Below are positions 1-9,305 of a stretch of 26,695 nucleotides of DNA, in pieces. Made by a program: the position numbers and the translations under genes. Location of the stretch: assembly GCF_000008565.1 (NCBI RefSeq), contig NC_001263.1:1380175-1406869 (forward strand). The letters are read 5' to 3'. Under the pieces are notes generated by a model that was given only the letters and a program-made list of their open reading frames with translations, searched no databases and was not told where the DNA came from. The stretch is from Deinococcus radiodurans R1 = ATCC 13939 = DSM 20539. GTDB lineage: Bacteria > Deinococcota > Deinococci > Deinococcales > Deinococcaceae. The stretch's first letter is position 1. Every line of letters begins with the position of its first letter.

Positions 1-1496
1 CCGGGGACGCGGTGCGGGCACAGGACGTGAAGGCCGAGGACCATGAAACGCAGCCCCCTGCTCGCTACACCGAGGCCAGTCTGGTGCAGGCCCTCGAAGG
101 CGCGGGCATCGGGCGGCCCTCGACCTACGCGAGCATCCTGGGGACCATTCAAGACCGGGGCTACGCGCTGAAAAAGGGCACGGCGCTGGTGCCGTCGTGG
201 ACGGCGTTTGCGACCTCGGCGCTGTTGGAGCACCATTTCGGCACGCTGGTGGACTACGACTTCACCGCCAAGATGGAAGAGGACCTCGACGAAATCGCGG
301 GCGGGCGCGAGCACCGCGTGCCCTACCTGCGCCGCTTCTACCTCGGTGAAGAGGGCGAGGGGATGGCGCTCAAGCCGCTGATTGAGCGGCAGATGGGCGA
401 GATCGACGCACGCGGTATTGCCACCATCAAGGTGCCGAAGCTCGAAGGCAGCGGCATCGAGGTGCGAGTAGGCCGCTACGGGCCGTACATGCAGCGCGGC
501 GAGGACAAGGCCAACCTGCCCGAAGGCATGACGCCCGACGAACTGACGCTGGAAGTCGCCGAGGAACTGTTCAGCCGTCCGCAGGGCGACCGGGTGCTGG
601 GCGAAGACCCGGAGAGCGGTCACCCGGTCCTGGCCCGCGCCGGACGCTACGGTCCTTACGTGACGCTGGGCAACGAGAACCCGCCGCTGCGTTCGGCGAG
701 CCTCTTCCCCGGCGAGAAACTGGAAGACATGACGCTGGAGCGGGCGCTGCAACTGCTCACGCTGCCCCGGCTCATCGGCACCAGCGAAGGTGAAGAGGTC
801 TGGGCGCACAACGGCAAGTTCGGGCCGTACCTCAAGCGCGGCAGTGACTCGCGCAGTCTGGCGACCCACGAACAGCTTTTCACGGTGACGCTGCCCGAAG
901 CCGAGGCTCTGTTTCAGCAGCCCAAGTTCCGGGGCCGGGGCGTGGCCGCCGCGCCGCTCGCCACCTACGAGTACGAAGGCCGCACGCCGATTCTGCTCAA
1001 GTCGGGCCGCTTCGGGCCGTACCTTACCGATGGCGAGAAAAATGCCACCTTGCGTAAGGGCGAGGACCTGAACACCCTCGACCCGCAGCGGGCACGTGAC
1101 ATTCTGGAAGAGCGCGGCAAAGAGCCGCAGAAGAAGCCCGGCAAGGCAGGCACGAAAAAGGCGGCAGCGAGTAAGGCCCCCGCTAAAGCTGCGGCCAGCA
1201 AAACTGCGCCCAAGAAAGCGGCAGCCAAGCCAGCGGCGAAAAAAGCGGCACCGAAAAAGGCCGCCAGTAAATCTGCTAAAACTCCAGCCGCCAAAGCCGC
1301 ACCGCTGACCTGGGCGCAACTCAAGCCCTTCGTGGGCGTGCTGAGCGAGCCGGAACGCGCGCTGGTCACGGCCACCCGCGAGCAGGGCCGTAAGGTAGAG
1401 GACGTGGCCCCCGAACTCGGCCTGGACGTGAAAAAAGCCAAGGGCATGGCGCTGCAAGCGAGCAAGAAGCTGAATCAGGCAGCGCGGGGCGGATAA
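1..1496 (+). CDS. topA: DNA topoisomerase I, C-terminal part (5' end lies outside the window)
   Basis: The open frame runs from the window edge. Four copies of the non-zinc TopA C-terminal repeat are present (RVGRYGPYMQRG, RAGRYGPYVTLG, HNGKFGPYLKRG, KSGRFGPYLTDG). These are followed by a Lys/Ala/Pro-rich tail and a ~63-aa terminal module. Confidence 0.9.
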   Translation, partial: GDAVRAQDVKAEDHETQPPARYTEASLVQALEGAGIGRPSTYASILGTIQDRGYALKKGTALVPSWTAFATSALLEHHFGTLVDYDFTAKMEEDLDEIAGGREHRVPYLRRFYLGEEGEGMALKPLIERQMGEIDARGIATIKVPKLEGSGIEVRVGRYGPYMQRGEDKANLPEGMTPDELTLEVAEELFSRPQGDRVLGEDPESGHPVLARAGRYGPYVTLGNENPPLRSASLFPGEKLEDMTLERALQLLTLPRLIGTSEGEEVWAHNGKFGPYLKRGSDSRSLATHEQLFTVTLPEAEALFQQPKFRGRGVAAAPLATYEYEGRTPILLKSGRFGPYLTDGEKNATLRKGEDLNTLDPQRARDILEERGKEPQKKPGKAGTKKAAASKAPAKAAASKTAPKKAAAKPAAKKAAPKKAASKSAKTPAAKAAPLTWAQLKPFVGVLSEPERALVTATREQGRKVEDVAPELGLDVKKAKGMALQASKKLNQAARGG

Positions 1497-1545
1497 GTCC
1501 GGGTGAGTCACCTTTTCAAAAACAGCGGAGTTCGGCTCTAGCTCC

Positions 1546-1845
1546 ATGCCCATGACTCGTCGCCCGGCACCTCCCGCGCCGCTGCATCTCCCGCGCCTCG
1601 CACAAAGCATGGCAGGGCAATGGGTGTCGTTGCCGGGCTCCGCGGCGCGAGTCTTGGGGTTGACAGGGCGCGTGGCTGGGACGGCGCCGGGCTATCTCAT
1701 CTGCCTCGCTGGTGAAGTCGTGGTGGACCTGCCGACAGGAGATTTCGTGAAGCTGCGAGCAGGTGAGACCTTTCGAGTGGTGGAAGGGAAGTGGCAAGCC
1801 TTAGCTACAGCGGAAGGGACAGTGCTGTTGCATCTGTCGGAGTAG
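1546..1845 (+). CDS. Small hypothetical protein, possibly a single cupin-like beta-barrel; start uncertain (alternative Met at MAGQW)
   Basis: A 99-aa ORF in the gap between topA and the glucosidase gene, on the same strand. The C-terminal half (GEVVVDLPTGDFVKLRAGETFRVVEG) resembles a cupin strand pattern. No motif I can name with certainty. Confidence 0.35.
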   Translation: MPMTRRPAPPAPLHLPRLAQSMAGQWVSLPGSAARVLGLTGRVAGTAPGYLICLAGEVVVDLPTGDFVKLRAGETFRVVEGKWQALATAEGTVLLHLSE

Positions 1846-1860
1846 GGGCTCCTCTTCCCT

Positions 1861-1890
1861 TTGAATCCCGTGTCTTCTATTTCATATAAA
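1861..1890 (+). promoter_or_regulatory. Putative sigma-70-type promoter for the alpha-glucosidase gene
   Basis: TTGAAT (1861-1866), an 18-nt spacer, then TATAAA (1885-1890). It sits inside a strikingly AT-rich ~90-bp stretch in otherwise GC-rich DNA, about 60 nt upstream of the ATG at 1951. Confidence 0.4.
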
Positions 1891-1950
1891 AAATATTTTC
1901 CGGCGTCGCAATTCTCATCTGAAACGATTCAGTCCACCCTAAACTTGAGC

Positions 1951-3555
<1,605 letters not shown>

Positions 3556-3625
3556 CCGATTCACTGGGCTGACTGACCCGCCGGGCTGACCGGAAACGGG
3601 CGCGATCTGTTAGCCTGCGCCCCAT

Positions 3626-4156
3626 ATGAGCCTTCCTCCCGGCAACGGCCCCGTGCAGATCAGCGCGGAGCAGATCAAAGCCCGTATTCAGGAACTCGCG
3701 GCGCAGATTCGCAGCGACTACGCGGGCCAGCGGCCCCACCTGATCTGCGTGCTCAACGGCGCTTTCATGTTCCACACCGATCTGGTGCGGGCGCTCGACA
3801 TGCCCGCCACCATCGATTTCATGCAGGCGAGCAGCTACGGCACCGCCAAGCAGTCGAGCGGCGAAGTGCGGCTGGTCAAGGACCTCGCCTTTCCCATCAG
3901 TGACCGGCACGTGATCATGGTGGACGACATCGTGGACACCGGCATCACCATGAGTTACCTGCTGCACTACCTCCAGGGACGCGGCCCGGCCAGCCTGAAG
4001 GTGGCGGCGCTGCTCAGCAAACCCAGCCGCCGCAAGGTGGAAGTGCCGGTGGACTACCTCGGCTTCACCATCCCCGACGCCTTCGTGTACGGCTACGGCC
4101 TCGACCGGGCGCAACTCGACCGCAACCTGCCATTTATCACTAGTCAGGAGGAGTAA
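3626..4156 (+). CDS. hpt: Hypoxanthine(-guanine) phosphoribosyltransferase
   Basis: 176 aa, with the PRPP-binding motif [14 protein letters not shown] and the C-terminal FVYGYGLD typical of Hpt. Confidence 0.9.
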   Translation: MSLPPGNGPVQISAEQIKARIQELAAQIRSDYAGQRPHLICVLNGAFMFHTDLVRALDMPATIDFMQASSYGTAKQSSGEVRLVKDLAFPISDRHVIMVDDIVDTGITMSYLLHYLQGRGPASLKVAALLSKPSRRKVEVPVDYLGFTIPDAFVYGYGLDRAQLDRNLPFITSQEE

Positions 4157-4196
4157 GGAACAGCGTGTTCCCTGTCGGGGCCTCACGGCTGGCATA

Positions 4197-5381
4197 GTGA
4201 CGGCCATGACCTCACCCGACTCCGCCTCCTTTCCCGACCCCCAGCGCGCCTGGGTGTACCGTCCCGCTCAGCCCCTGCAAACGCACGACGCAGGGCCGCT
4301 GGCGGGGCTGACTTTTTCAGTCAAAGACCTCTACGGCGTTCCCGGCTGGCCGCTGACCGCGAGCACCCGCGCCCCGGTGCCCGACCCCGGCGCGAGCGTG
4401 CTGGTGGGGCGGCTGCTGGAGCTTGGCGCGGCGGCGCTCGGCAAGACGCACCTGCACGAAGTCGCGCTGGGGATTACCGGGATGAACGGCTATGGCGGCA
4501 CCACACACCCCCGTGACCCCGAGCGGGTGCCGGGCGGTTCGTCGAGCGGAGCAGCGGTGAGCGTGGCGCTCGGGCAGGTGGATTTCGCGCTGGGAACCGA
4601 TACCGGCGGCTCGATTCGGGTGCCGGCGGCGTGGTGCAGCGTGGTGGGCTACAAACCGACCAAAGGCCACCCCGCCTGGAGCACCGAGGGTGTGCTGCCG
4701 CTCTCCTGGACCTGCGATCACGCCGGGCCACTCGCCCGCGACCTGAGCATGGTGGTGCGGGTGTATCAGGCGCTCGGCGGAGGTCACGTCACGCCACAGG
4801 ACTGGCAGGACGTGCGCGTGGGCCTGTGGCTGCCCGAGGGCTGGACGGATGAAACGGTGCGAGACGCAGTGCTGGCTTACGCCGACGACCTGAAAGCGCG
4901 GGGGGCGACGGTGACCCCAGTGGACCTCCCGGAAATGCTCGACGCTTACTCGCCCATCGTGCTCAGCGAGGCGGCGCGGGTCCACGCAGAAGCTCTCCAA
5001 CAGCCCGACCCCGGCTTCCTACCATTCACGCTGATGTCCCTGCGCAACGGCGCGGCCCTGAGTGAGGAGGAAGTGCAGGCCGCGCACGAGCGCCGGACCG
5101 AATACCGCGTACTCCTTGACCGCCTACTGGCCGAGTTCGATGTGTTGCTCGCCCCCGCCGTGCCCACCCCTCCCCCTCTGATCGGGCAGGACGAAGTGAC
5201 GCTCCTCGAAGGCCCGCAAGTCCTGCGCCGCGCGGTGCTGCGCCTGAACACGCCGTTCAGTCTGCTGGGGGCGCCGGTGCTGTCGTTGCCGAGCAGCGTG
5301 CCCGATGTGGGCGTGCAACTCGTGGGCCGCCACGGGCAGGATGAGCGGCTGCTGGGGCTCGGCCTGAGTCTGGAGAGCTGA
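4197..5381 (+). CDS. Amidase-signature family amidase (GatA-like, short form)
   Basis: Amidase signature [14 protein letters not shown]...[11 protein letters not shown] with a Ser-cisSer-Lys context. At 394 aa it is shorter than canonical GatA. Confidence 0.8.
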   Translation: MTAMTSPDSASFPDPQRAWVYRPAQPLQTHDAGPLAGLTFSVKDLYGVPGWPLTASTRAPVPDPGASVLVGRLLELGAAALGKTHLHEVALGITGMNGYGGTTHPRDPERVPGGSSSGAAVSVALGQVDFALGTDTGGSIRVPAAWCSVVGYKPTKGHPAWSTEGVLPLSWTCDHAGPLARDLSMVVRVYQALGGGHVTPQDWQDVRVGLWLPEGWTDETVRDAVLAYADDLKARGATVTPVDLPEMLDAYSPIVLSEAARVHAEALQQPDPGFLPFTLMSLRNGAALSEEEVQAAHERRTEYRVLLDRLLAEFDVLLAPAVPTPPPLIGQDEVTLLEGPQVLRRAVLRLNTPFSLLGAPVLSLPSSVPDVGVQLVGRHGQDERLLGLGLSLES

Positions 5382-5450
5382 GCCAGTCTTCCTGGGAAAC
5401 GGGGAATGCAGCCCACGGTTCGGCTACTCGCCACGGCCTAGACTCGGGGT

Positions 5451-5924
<474 letters not shown>

Positions 5925-5939
5925 AAGTCGAGCAGCAAA

Positions 5940-5967
5940 GGCCCAGGCAAGTACTGGGCCTTTTTTG
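5940..5967 (+). terminator. Rho-independent terminator after msrB
   Basis: GGCCCAG (5940-5946), a 7-nt loop, CTGGGCC (5954-5960), then TTTTTTG. Confidence 0.8.
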
Positions 5968-6068
5968 TTGGCTCGTAAAGCAACGCGGTTCAGCCCAGAG
6001 GCAGGCCGGAATGCACACCCTTACCACCTTAGAGATGCGTCAATGTCCCGAGGCAGCACCGTCAGCAG

Positions 6069-6641
6069 TCACTTCGTTTCCTGTTCCACCACAGCAGTCA
6101 CGCCCCCACGAATGAAGGCATTCAACCGCTGGGCCACCTCCTGCGGGTCGCCGGTCGGGGTTTCGCGCACCACCGTTTCGTACACCACGCCGCGCAGCAG
6201 GCCGGACACCAGGGGGAGCAGCACCGGGTAAGTCGCCAGCCGCTGACTGCCGAGGGCCTGAGTCAATCCGCCGATCATGGCGTCGTCGAAGGCTTCGCGG
6301 CGCTCACGCAGTTCGGCGCTGCCACCACACGACAGCAGCAGCAGCTCGCGGTGGTTGCCGAGCACCTCAAACAGGGCCGCGAAATCCACCGGCTCGCCGG
6401 GCACCATCAAGGCCTGGAGGTCCGGCGTGATGGCGGCGAGGCGCTCGTCGAGCAGGGCGTCGAGAATGGCTTCGGTGTGGTGAAAGTAGGTGTAGATGTT
6501 GGGGCGCGAGGTGCCGATGCTTTCCGCGATCATGCCCATGGAGACGCCCTCGAACCTGTGACGAAGAAAGAGGCCGGCAGCGGCAGAAAGAATCTCGGCG
6601 CGGCGCTGGTCCGCCGGAAGACGTGTTTTGGTCATGGGCAC
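6069..6641 (-). CDS. TetR/AcrR family transcriptional regulator
   Basis: N-terminal HTH: RRAEILSAAAGLFLRHRFEGVSMGMIAESIGTSRPNIYTYF. It is divergent from the membrane-protein gene at 6762. Confidence 0.88.
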   Translation of the reverse strand: MPMTKTRLPADQRRAEILSAAAGLFLRHRFEGVSMGMIAESIGTSRPNIYTYFHHTEAILDALLDERLAAITPDLQALMVPGEPVDFAALFEVLGNHRELLLLSCGGSAELRERREAFDDAMIGGLTQALGSQRLATYPVLLPLVSGLLRGVVYETVVRETPTGDPQEVAQRLNAFIRGGVTAVVEQETK

Positions 6642-6761
6642 AGAGTGTAACGGGCGCAGGAACCGATGCGGTCAGGTGACAAGGTTGTTTGAACTCGGCC
6701 CAAGAAAAAACGCTGACCGTTGGGCGCCGCCGGGGCGAGGGTCAGCCTCCTATAGTGCGGC

Positions 6762-7532
6762 ATGTCAACTTCAGGCGGCCTCATCATCGACTGGACCCAG
6801 ATGCACACCTACAACACCGTCATGGCCGTCGCGGCGGGCGCGGGACTGCTCTCGGTCGTCGCGCTCGCTCGGCAAACGGTGCGGGGCGAGCCGTTCGTGC
6901 CTGAAGCGTGGGCGGTGAATTTCGGCATTCTGGGGACGTTGATGACCCTCACCGGCGCCCATATGACGCTCACGTGGCCGCTGGCGAAGTATTTCCCCTT
7001 CGACAACATCATTTTCGGGGAACCGTCCCTGGCCTTCGGCGTCTTGCTGCTGGGCACCGCCGCGTACCTGTGGCGGCGGGCCGAGCACCTGCGCTCCTCC
7101 CCCGACCTGCTCGCCGAGATGGTGGCGTTTCTCAGGCCGCTGCAATTTCTGCTCGTCGGGCTGGGGCTGTCACTGCTCGGGATTGCGGCGGCGGGGGTGG
7201 CCTTCCGGCTGTTCGCCGCGCCGCCCGAGGAACCGATTTCGGGGCGCTTTGCCACTATGCCCTGGCTGGAAGCGAGCGCCATTTCGGGCCTCTACGCCCT
7301 GGTGGGGCTCACGGCGCTGCTGATTCCGCTGGCCCTGCGCCAAGACCCTCACCGCCTGGCCCAGTCGGGGCTGGTGCGCGCAGCAGGCTGGAGGGTGGGG
7401 CTGTCCGGGCTGGTTTGGCTGCTGTTCGGGGCGCTCAACTATTTCACCCACATCGGGCTAATCTTGAACCTCACACGACTAAAGTCGCGTGATTCTCACT
7501 TCGCAGACCATTGCCCGCCGAAGCAGGTCTGA
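6762..7532 (+). CDS. Multi-pass integral membrane protein; its 3' end is replaced by IS-derived sequence (native part 6762..7463, original tail at 9200..9220)
   Basis: Several long hydrophobic segments are present. After codon 234 (ATC at 7461-7463) the frame reads into the IS right end for 22 codons. Joining 7463 to 9200 restores ...GLI-INTTAK-stop. Confidence 0.75.
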
Positions 7533-7610
7533 CATAGCCTCCATGAGCGTTTAAGGTGTCTGAGATTCCCGCAGCCACCAACGCTTCACGCCGAATGTTC
7601 AGCGCAGCGT
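7448..7610 (-). ncRNA. Omega RNA / reRNA of TnpB: scaffold from the tnpB 3' end and IS right end, plus a ~16-nt guide read from flanking DNA (7463..7448). The 5' end cannot be fixed from sequence.
   Basis: Stable helices sit on the minus strand inside and just after the tnpB stop. One is CACGCGAC-UUUA-GUCGUGUG (7472-7491). Another is CCUGC-UUCG-GCGGG (7514-7527), with a flanking CAGACC/GGUCUG helix (7504-7509 / 7526-7531). Established knowledge of TnpB systems places the guide immediately 3' of the right end. No promoter or 5' end was mapped. Confidence 0.6.
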
Positions 7611-8697
7611 TCTCGTCTCGGTCATGGGTTTCCCCACAGTTCGGGCAAGTCCATGTACGGACGGCAAGATTCTTCACTTCGGGATTCTTGAATCCGCAGT
7701 CATGACACAACTGGCTAGATGGAAAGTAGGGGCTGACTTTAGATACCAGTCGCCCGTACCACGCTGCCTTGTATTCCAACTGCCGGATGAACTCACCCCA
7801 GCCCGCATCACTGATGCTCAGTGCAAGGCGGCGATTTTTCCGCATGTTGTCGGGTTTAAGGTGTTCGGTTCCGATGATTTCGTACTCACGCACCAGGGAG
7901 GTGGTGAGCTTGTGAAGGAAATCCTGACGCTTATTGACAATGCGCTTGTGAATCCGAGCCAGCTTGGTTTTCGCTTTCCCGTAACGTGCGCTGCCCTTCT
8001 TCCGTCTGGACAGGGTTTGCTGAGCTTTACGAAGTCTTTTCAGGGTGGAGCGGTAATATTTCGGATTCTGTTCATGCTTAAACCTCACGCCATCGGTCAC
8101 GATGGCAAAATCCTTGATGCCGACATCCACACCCGCTGCAAACTTGGGAGCCGCAGGCAGGTAGGGAATCTCGACTTCACAGAGAACGGACGCTTCGTAA
8201 TGGCCTTCGTGAATACGGCGCACAGTGACATTCAGAATCTTCCCTTGAATATCCTGCTGGCCCTTGGTTTTCACCCATCCCAGCTTAGGAAGTTTGAGCC
8301 TACCTTCCCCAATTTGGATGTTGTTGTTGGTGAATTGAGTCCGGTAGGACTCTCCCGTGCGCTTCTTTCTGAAACGTGGGAATCCTACCTTTTTACCGGA
8401 CTGCTTCACAGTCCGAAAGAAGTTCTTGTACGCGGTCTCAAGGTTTTTCAGCGAGTTCTGCAAAGCAAACTTATCTACTTCCGAGAGCCAGGAGGTTTCT
8501 TCAGCCTGCTTCAGAAGGGTCAGTTCGCTACTCGTTTGCCCGTAGGTCAGTCCCTTCCCGCTTTCCTTGTAGGCCGCAATGCGACGGGCAAGGAAGTGGT
8601 TGTAGACGAACCTTGCGCTACCCAGCGTGCGGTTAATCAGTTCAGTCTGAGCCGCATTTGGGTACAGCCTGACCACGAAAGCCTTATTCCTTATCAT
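7471..8697 (-). CDS. tnpB: TnpB, RuvC-fold RNA-guided DNA endonuclease (OrfB_IS605 family)
   Basis: 408 aa. RuvC-I is [10 protein letters not shown] (D191), RuvC-II is IIGTEHL (E278), RuvC-III is [10 protein letters not shown] (D361). The zinc ribbon is C331xxC334...C351xxC354. Length and residue numbers agree with my memory of ISDra2 TnpB. Confidence 0.95.
7472..7491 (-). promoter_or_regulatory. IS right-end subterminal imperfect hairpin (TnpA recognition; also an omega RNA 3' stem)
   Basis: An 8-bp stem with one A.C mismatch and a 4-nt loop, 8 nt from the inferred end. GAAT lies immediately 5' of the stem and TCAA is at the terminus (minus strand). Confidence 0.8.
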
Positions 8698-9106
8698 GCT
8701 GGCTCTCTATGTATTTCTGAATCTGAGCGCGGGTGTTTTCAGAAACAGTCAGGATGCAATACGACGGGTTCCAGAGATTGCCGCCCCACAGCTTTTCTTT
8801 CAACTGCGGGTAGGCCACGAACATCCGACGTGCGGAAGCGCCTTTCAGCGCCTTCACGAAGTCGGGGATGGCTTGCTGTGGGGTTGCGCTTAGCAGGAGG
8901 TGAACGTGGTCAGGCATGACTTCCATCGTGATGACTTCCAGCCCGTTCTGAGCGGCAATGTCACGCAGGATGTCTTTCAGTCCATCAGCAACCTCACCCA
9001 CCAACACCTGATGACGGTATTTCACGCACCAGATGAGGTGGTATTCAAGCTGATAGACGTAACCCCGGCCTTTCTTCATCTCAAGGGGAAGAATAACATA
9101 TGTCAT
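8684..9106 (-). CDS. tnpA: TnpA, IS200/IS605 Y1 (HUH) single-strand DNA transposase
   Basis: 140 aa, with the HUH motif PDHVHLLL (H67/H69) and the catalytic Tyr in [10 protein letters not shown] (Y132). The N-terminal [14 protein letters not shown] is typical of the Y1_Tnp family. Confidence 0.95.
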
Positions 9107-9163
9107 CTGGAAAAGCTAGAGGCTTCCGCTTTTCATCGCCCTTTTCAGGGCGAGAGGGGCTAA

Positions 9164-9183
9164 CTCATGACTGAAGTCACGAG
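9164..9183 (-). promoter_or_regulatory. IS left-end subterminal imperfect hairpin (TnpA recognition)
   Basis: CTCGTGAC-TTCA-GTCATGAG on the minus strand: an 8-bp stem with an A.C mismatch at the same stem position as the right-end hairpin, 16 nt from the left end. Confidence 0.8.
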
Positions 9184-9199
9184 TGTGCGCCCCTCAAGC

Positions 9200-9204
9200 A
9201 TCAA
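9200..9204 (-). promoter_or_regulatory. 5'-TTGAT target/cleavage pentanucleotide flanking the IS left end (equals the TnpB TAM)
   Basis: The plus strand reads ATCAA at 9200-9204, so the minus strand reads TTGAT immediately 5' of the element. ISDra2 is known to insert 3' of TTGAT. Confidence 0.85.
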
Positions 9205-9238
9205 CACCACCGCGAAGTAAGACACTACGAAAAAGAAG

Positions 9239-9278
9239 AGCTCCCGCCCCGGCACACTTAGCCGGAGCGGGGAGCTTT
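9239..9278. terminator. Bidirectional hairpin terminator between the original end of the membrane gene and the 9306..9905 gene
   Basis: AGCTCCCGCCCCGGC-ACACTTA-GCCGGAGCGGGGAGCT (one bulge), preceded by AAAAAGAAG and followed by TTT. Confidence 0.6.
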
Positions 9279-9305
9279 CAGTGGTCGGTCAAGCCGCCCT
9301 GCAAC

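Larger units (their letters stand above)
7464..9199 (-). mobile_element. IS200/IS605-family insertion sequence, recognised as ISDra2 (tnpA + tnpB, no terminal inverted repeats, subterminal hairpins)
   Basis: G+C is visibly lower than in the flanks. A Y1 HUH tnpA and a 408-aa tnpB overlap by 14 nt. Similar imperfect hairpins lie near both ends. The left end is directly preceded (minus strand) by TTGAT and the right end finishes in TCAA. The inferred length of 1736 bp matches what I recall for ISDra2. Boundaries are +/-2 bp. Confidence 0.9.

Noticed and set aside
1119-1304. A periodic GCn-AAR repeat DNA that could be mistaken for a tandem-repeat or CRISPR-like array.
   Set aside because: It is in frame within topA and encodes the Lys/Ala/Pro tail. 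There are no conserved direct repeats with unique spacers anywhere in the window.
1096-1308. A 70-aa Arg/Lys-rich ORF overlapping the topA tail in another frame.
   Set aside because: It is a frame-shifted reading of the repetitive GCn/AAG tail-coding region. No independent start signals are present.
1861-1950. An N-terminal extension of the GH13 gene from a TTG at 1861 (track ORF of 564 aa).
   Set aside because: The extension is AT-rich with a promoter-like TTGAAT/TATAAA. It encodes an atypical peptide (NPVSSISYKKYFPASQF...). GH13 homology starts right after the ATG at 1951.
6642-6761. An inverted repeat, CGGTCAG (6669-6675) ... CTGACCG (6713-6719), as a possible TetR operator.
   Set aside because: The arms are only 7 bp and lie ~37 bp apart, unlike compact TetR operators. 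This is no more than chance expectation in this context, so it is not reported as a feature.
7624-8919. A 431-aa ORF on the plus strand, antisense to all of tnpB and part of tnpA, which is surprisingly long for the lower-GC IS.
   Set aside because: Across tnpB it is the codon-aligned antisense frame (7624-7471 is a multiple of 3). Stops there arise only where the sense gene uses TTA, CTA or TCA codons, which this gene avoids over that span. The translation has no recognisable domain, no RBS and odd composition. It is best treated as a frame artefact unless ribosome profiling says otherwise.
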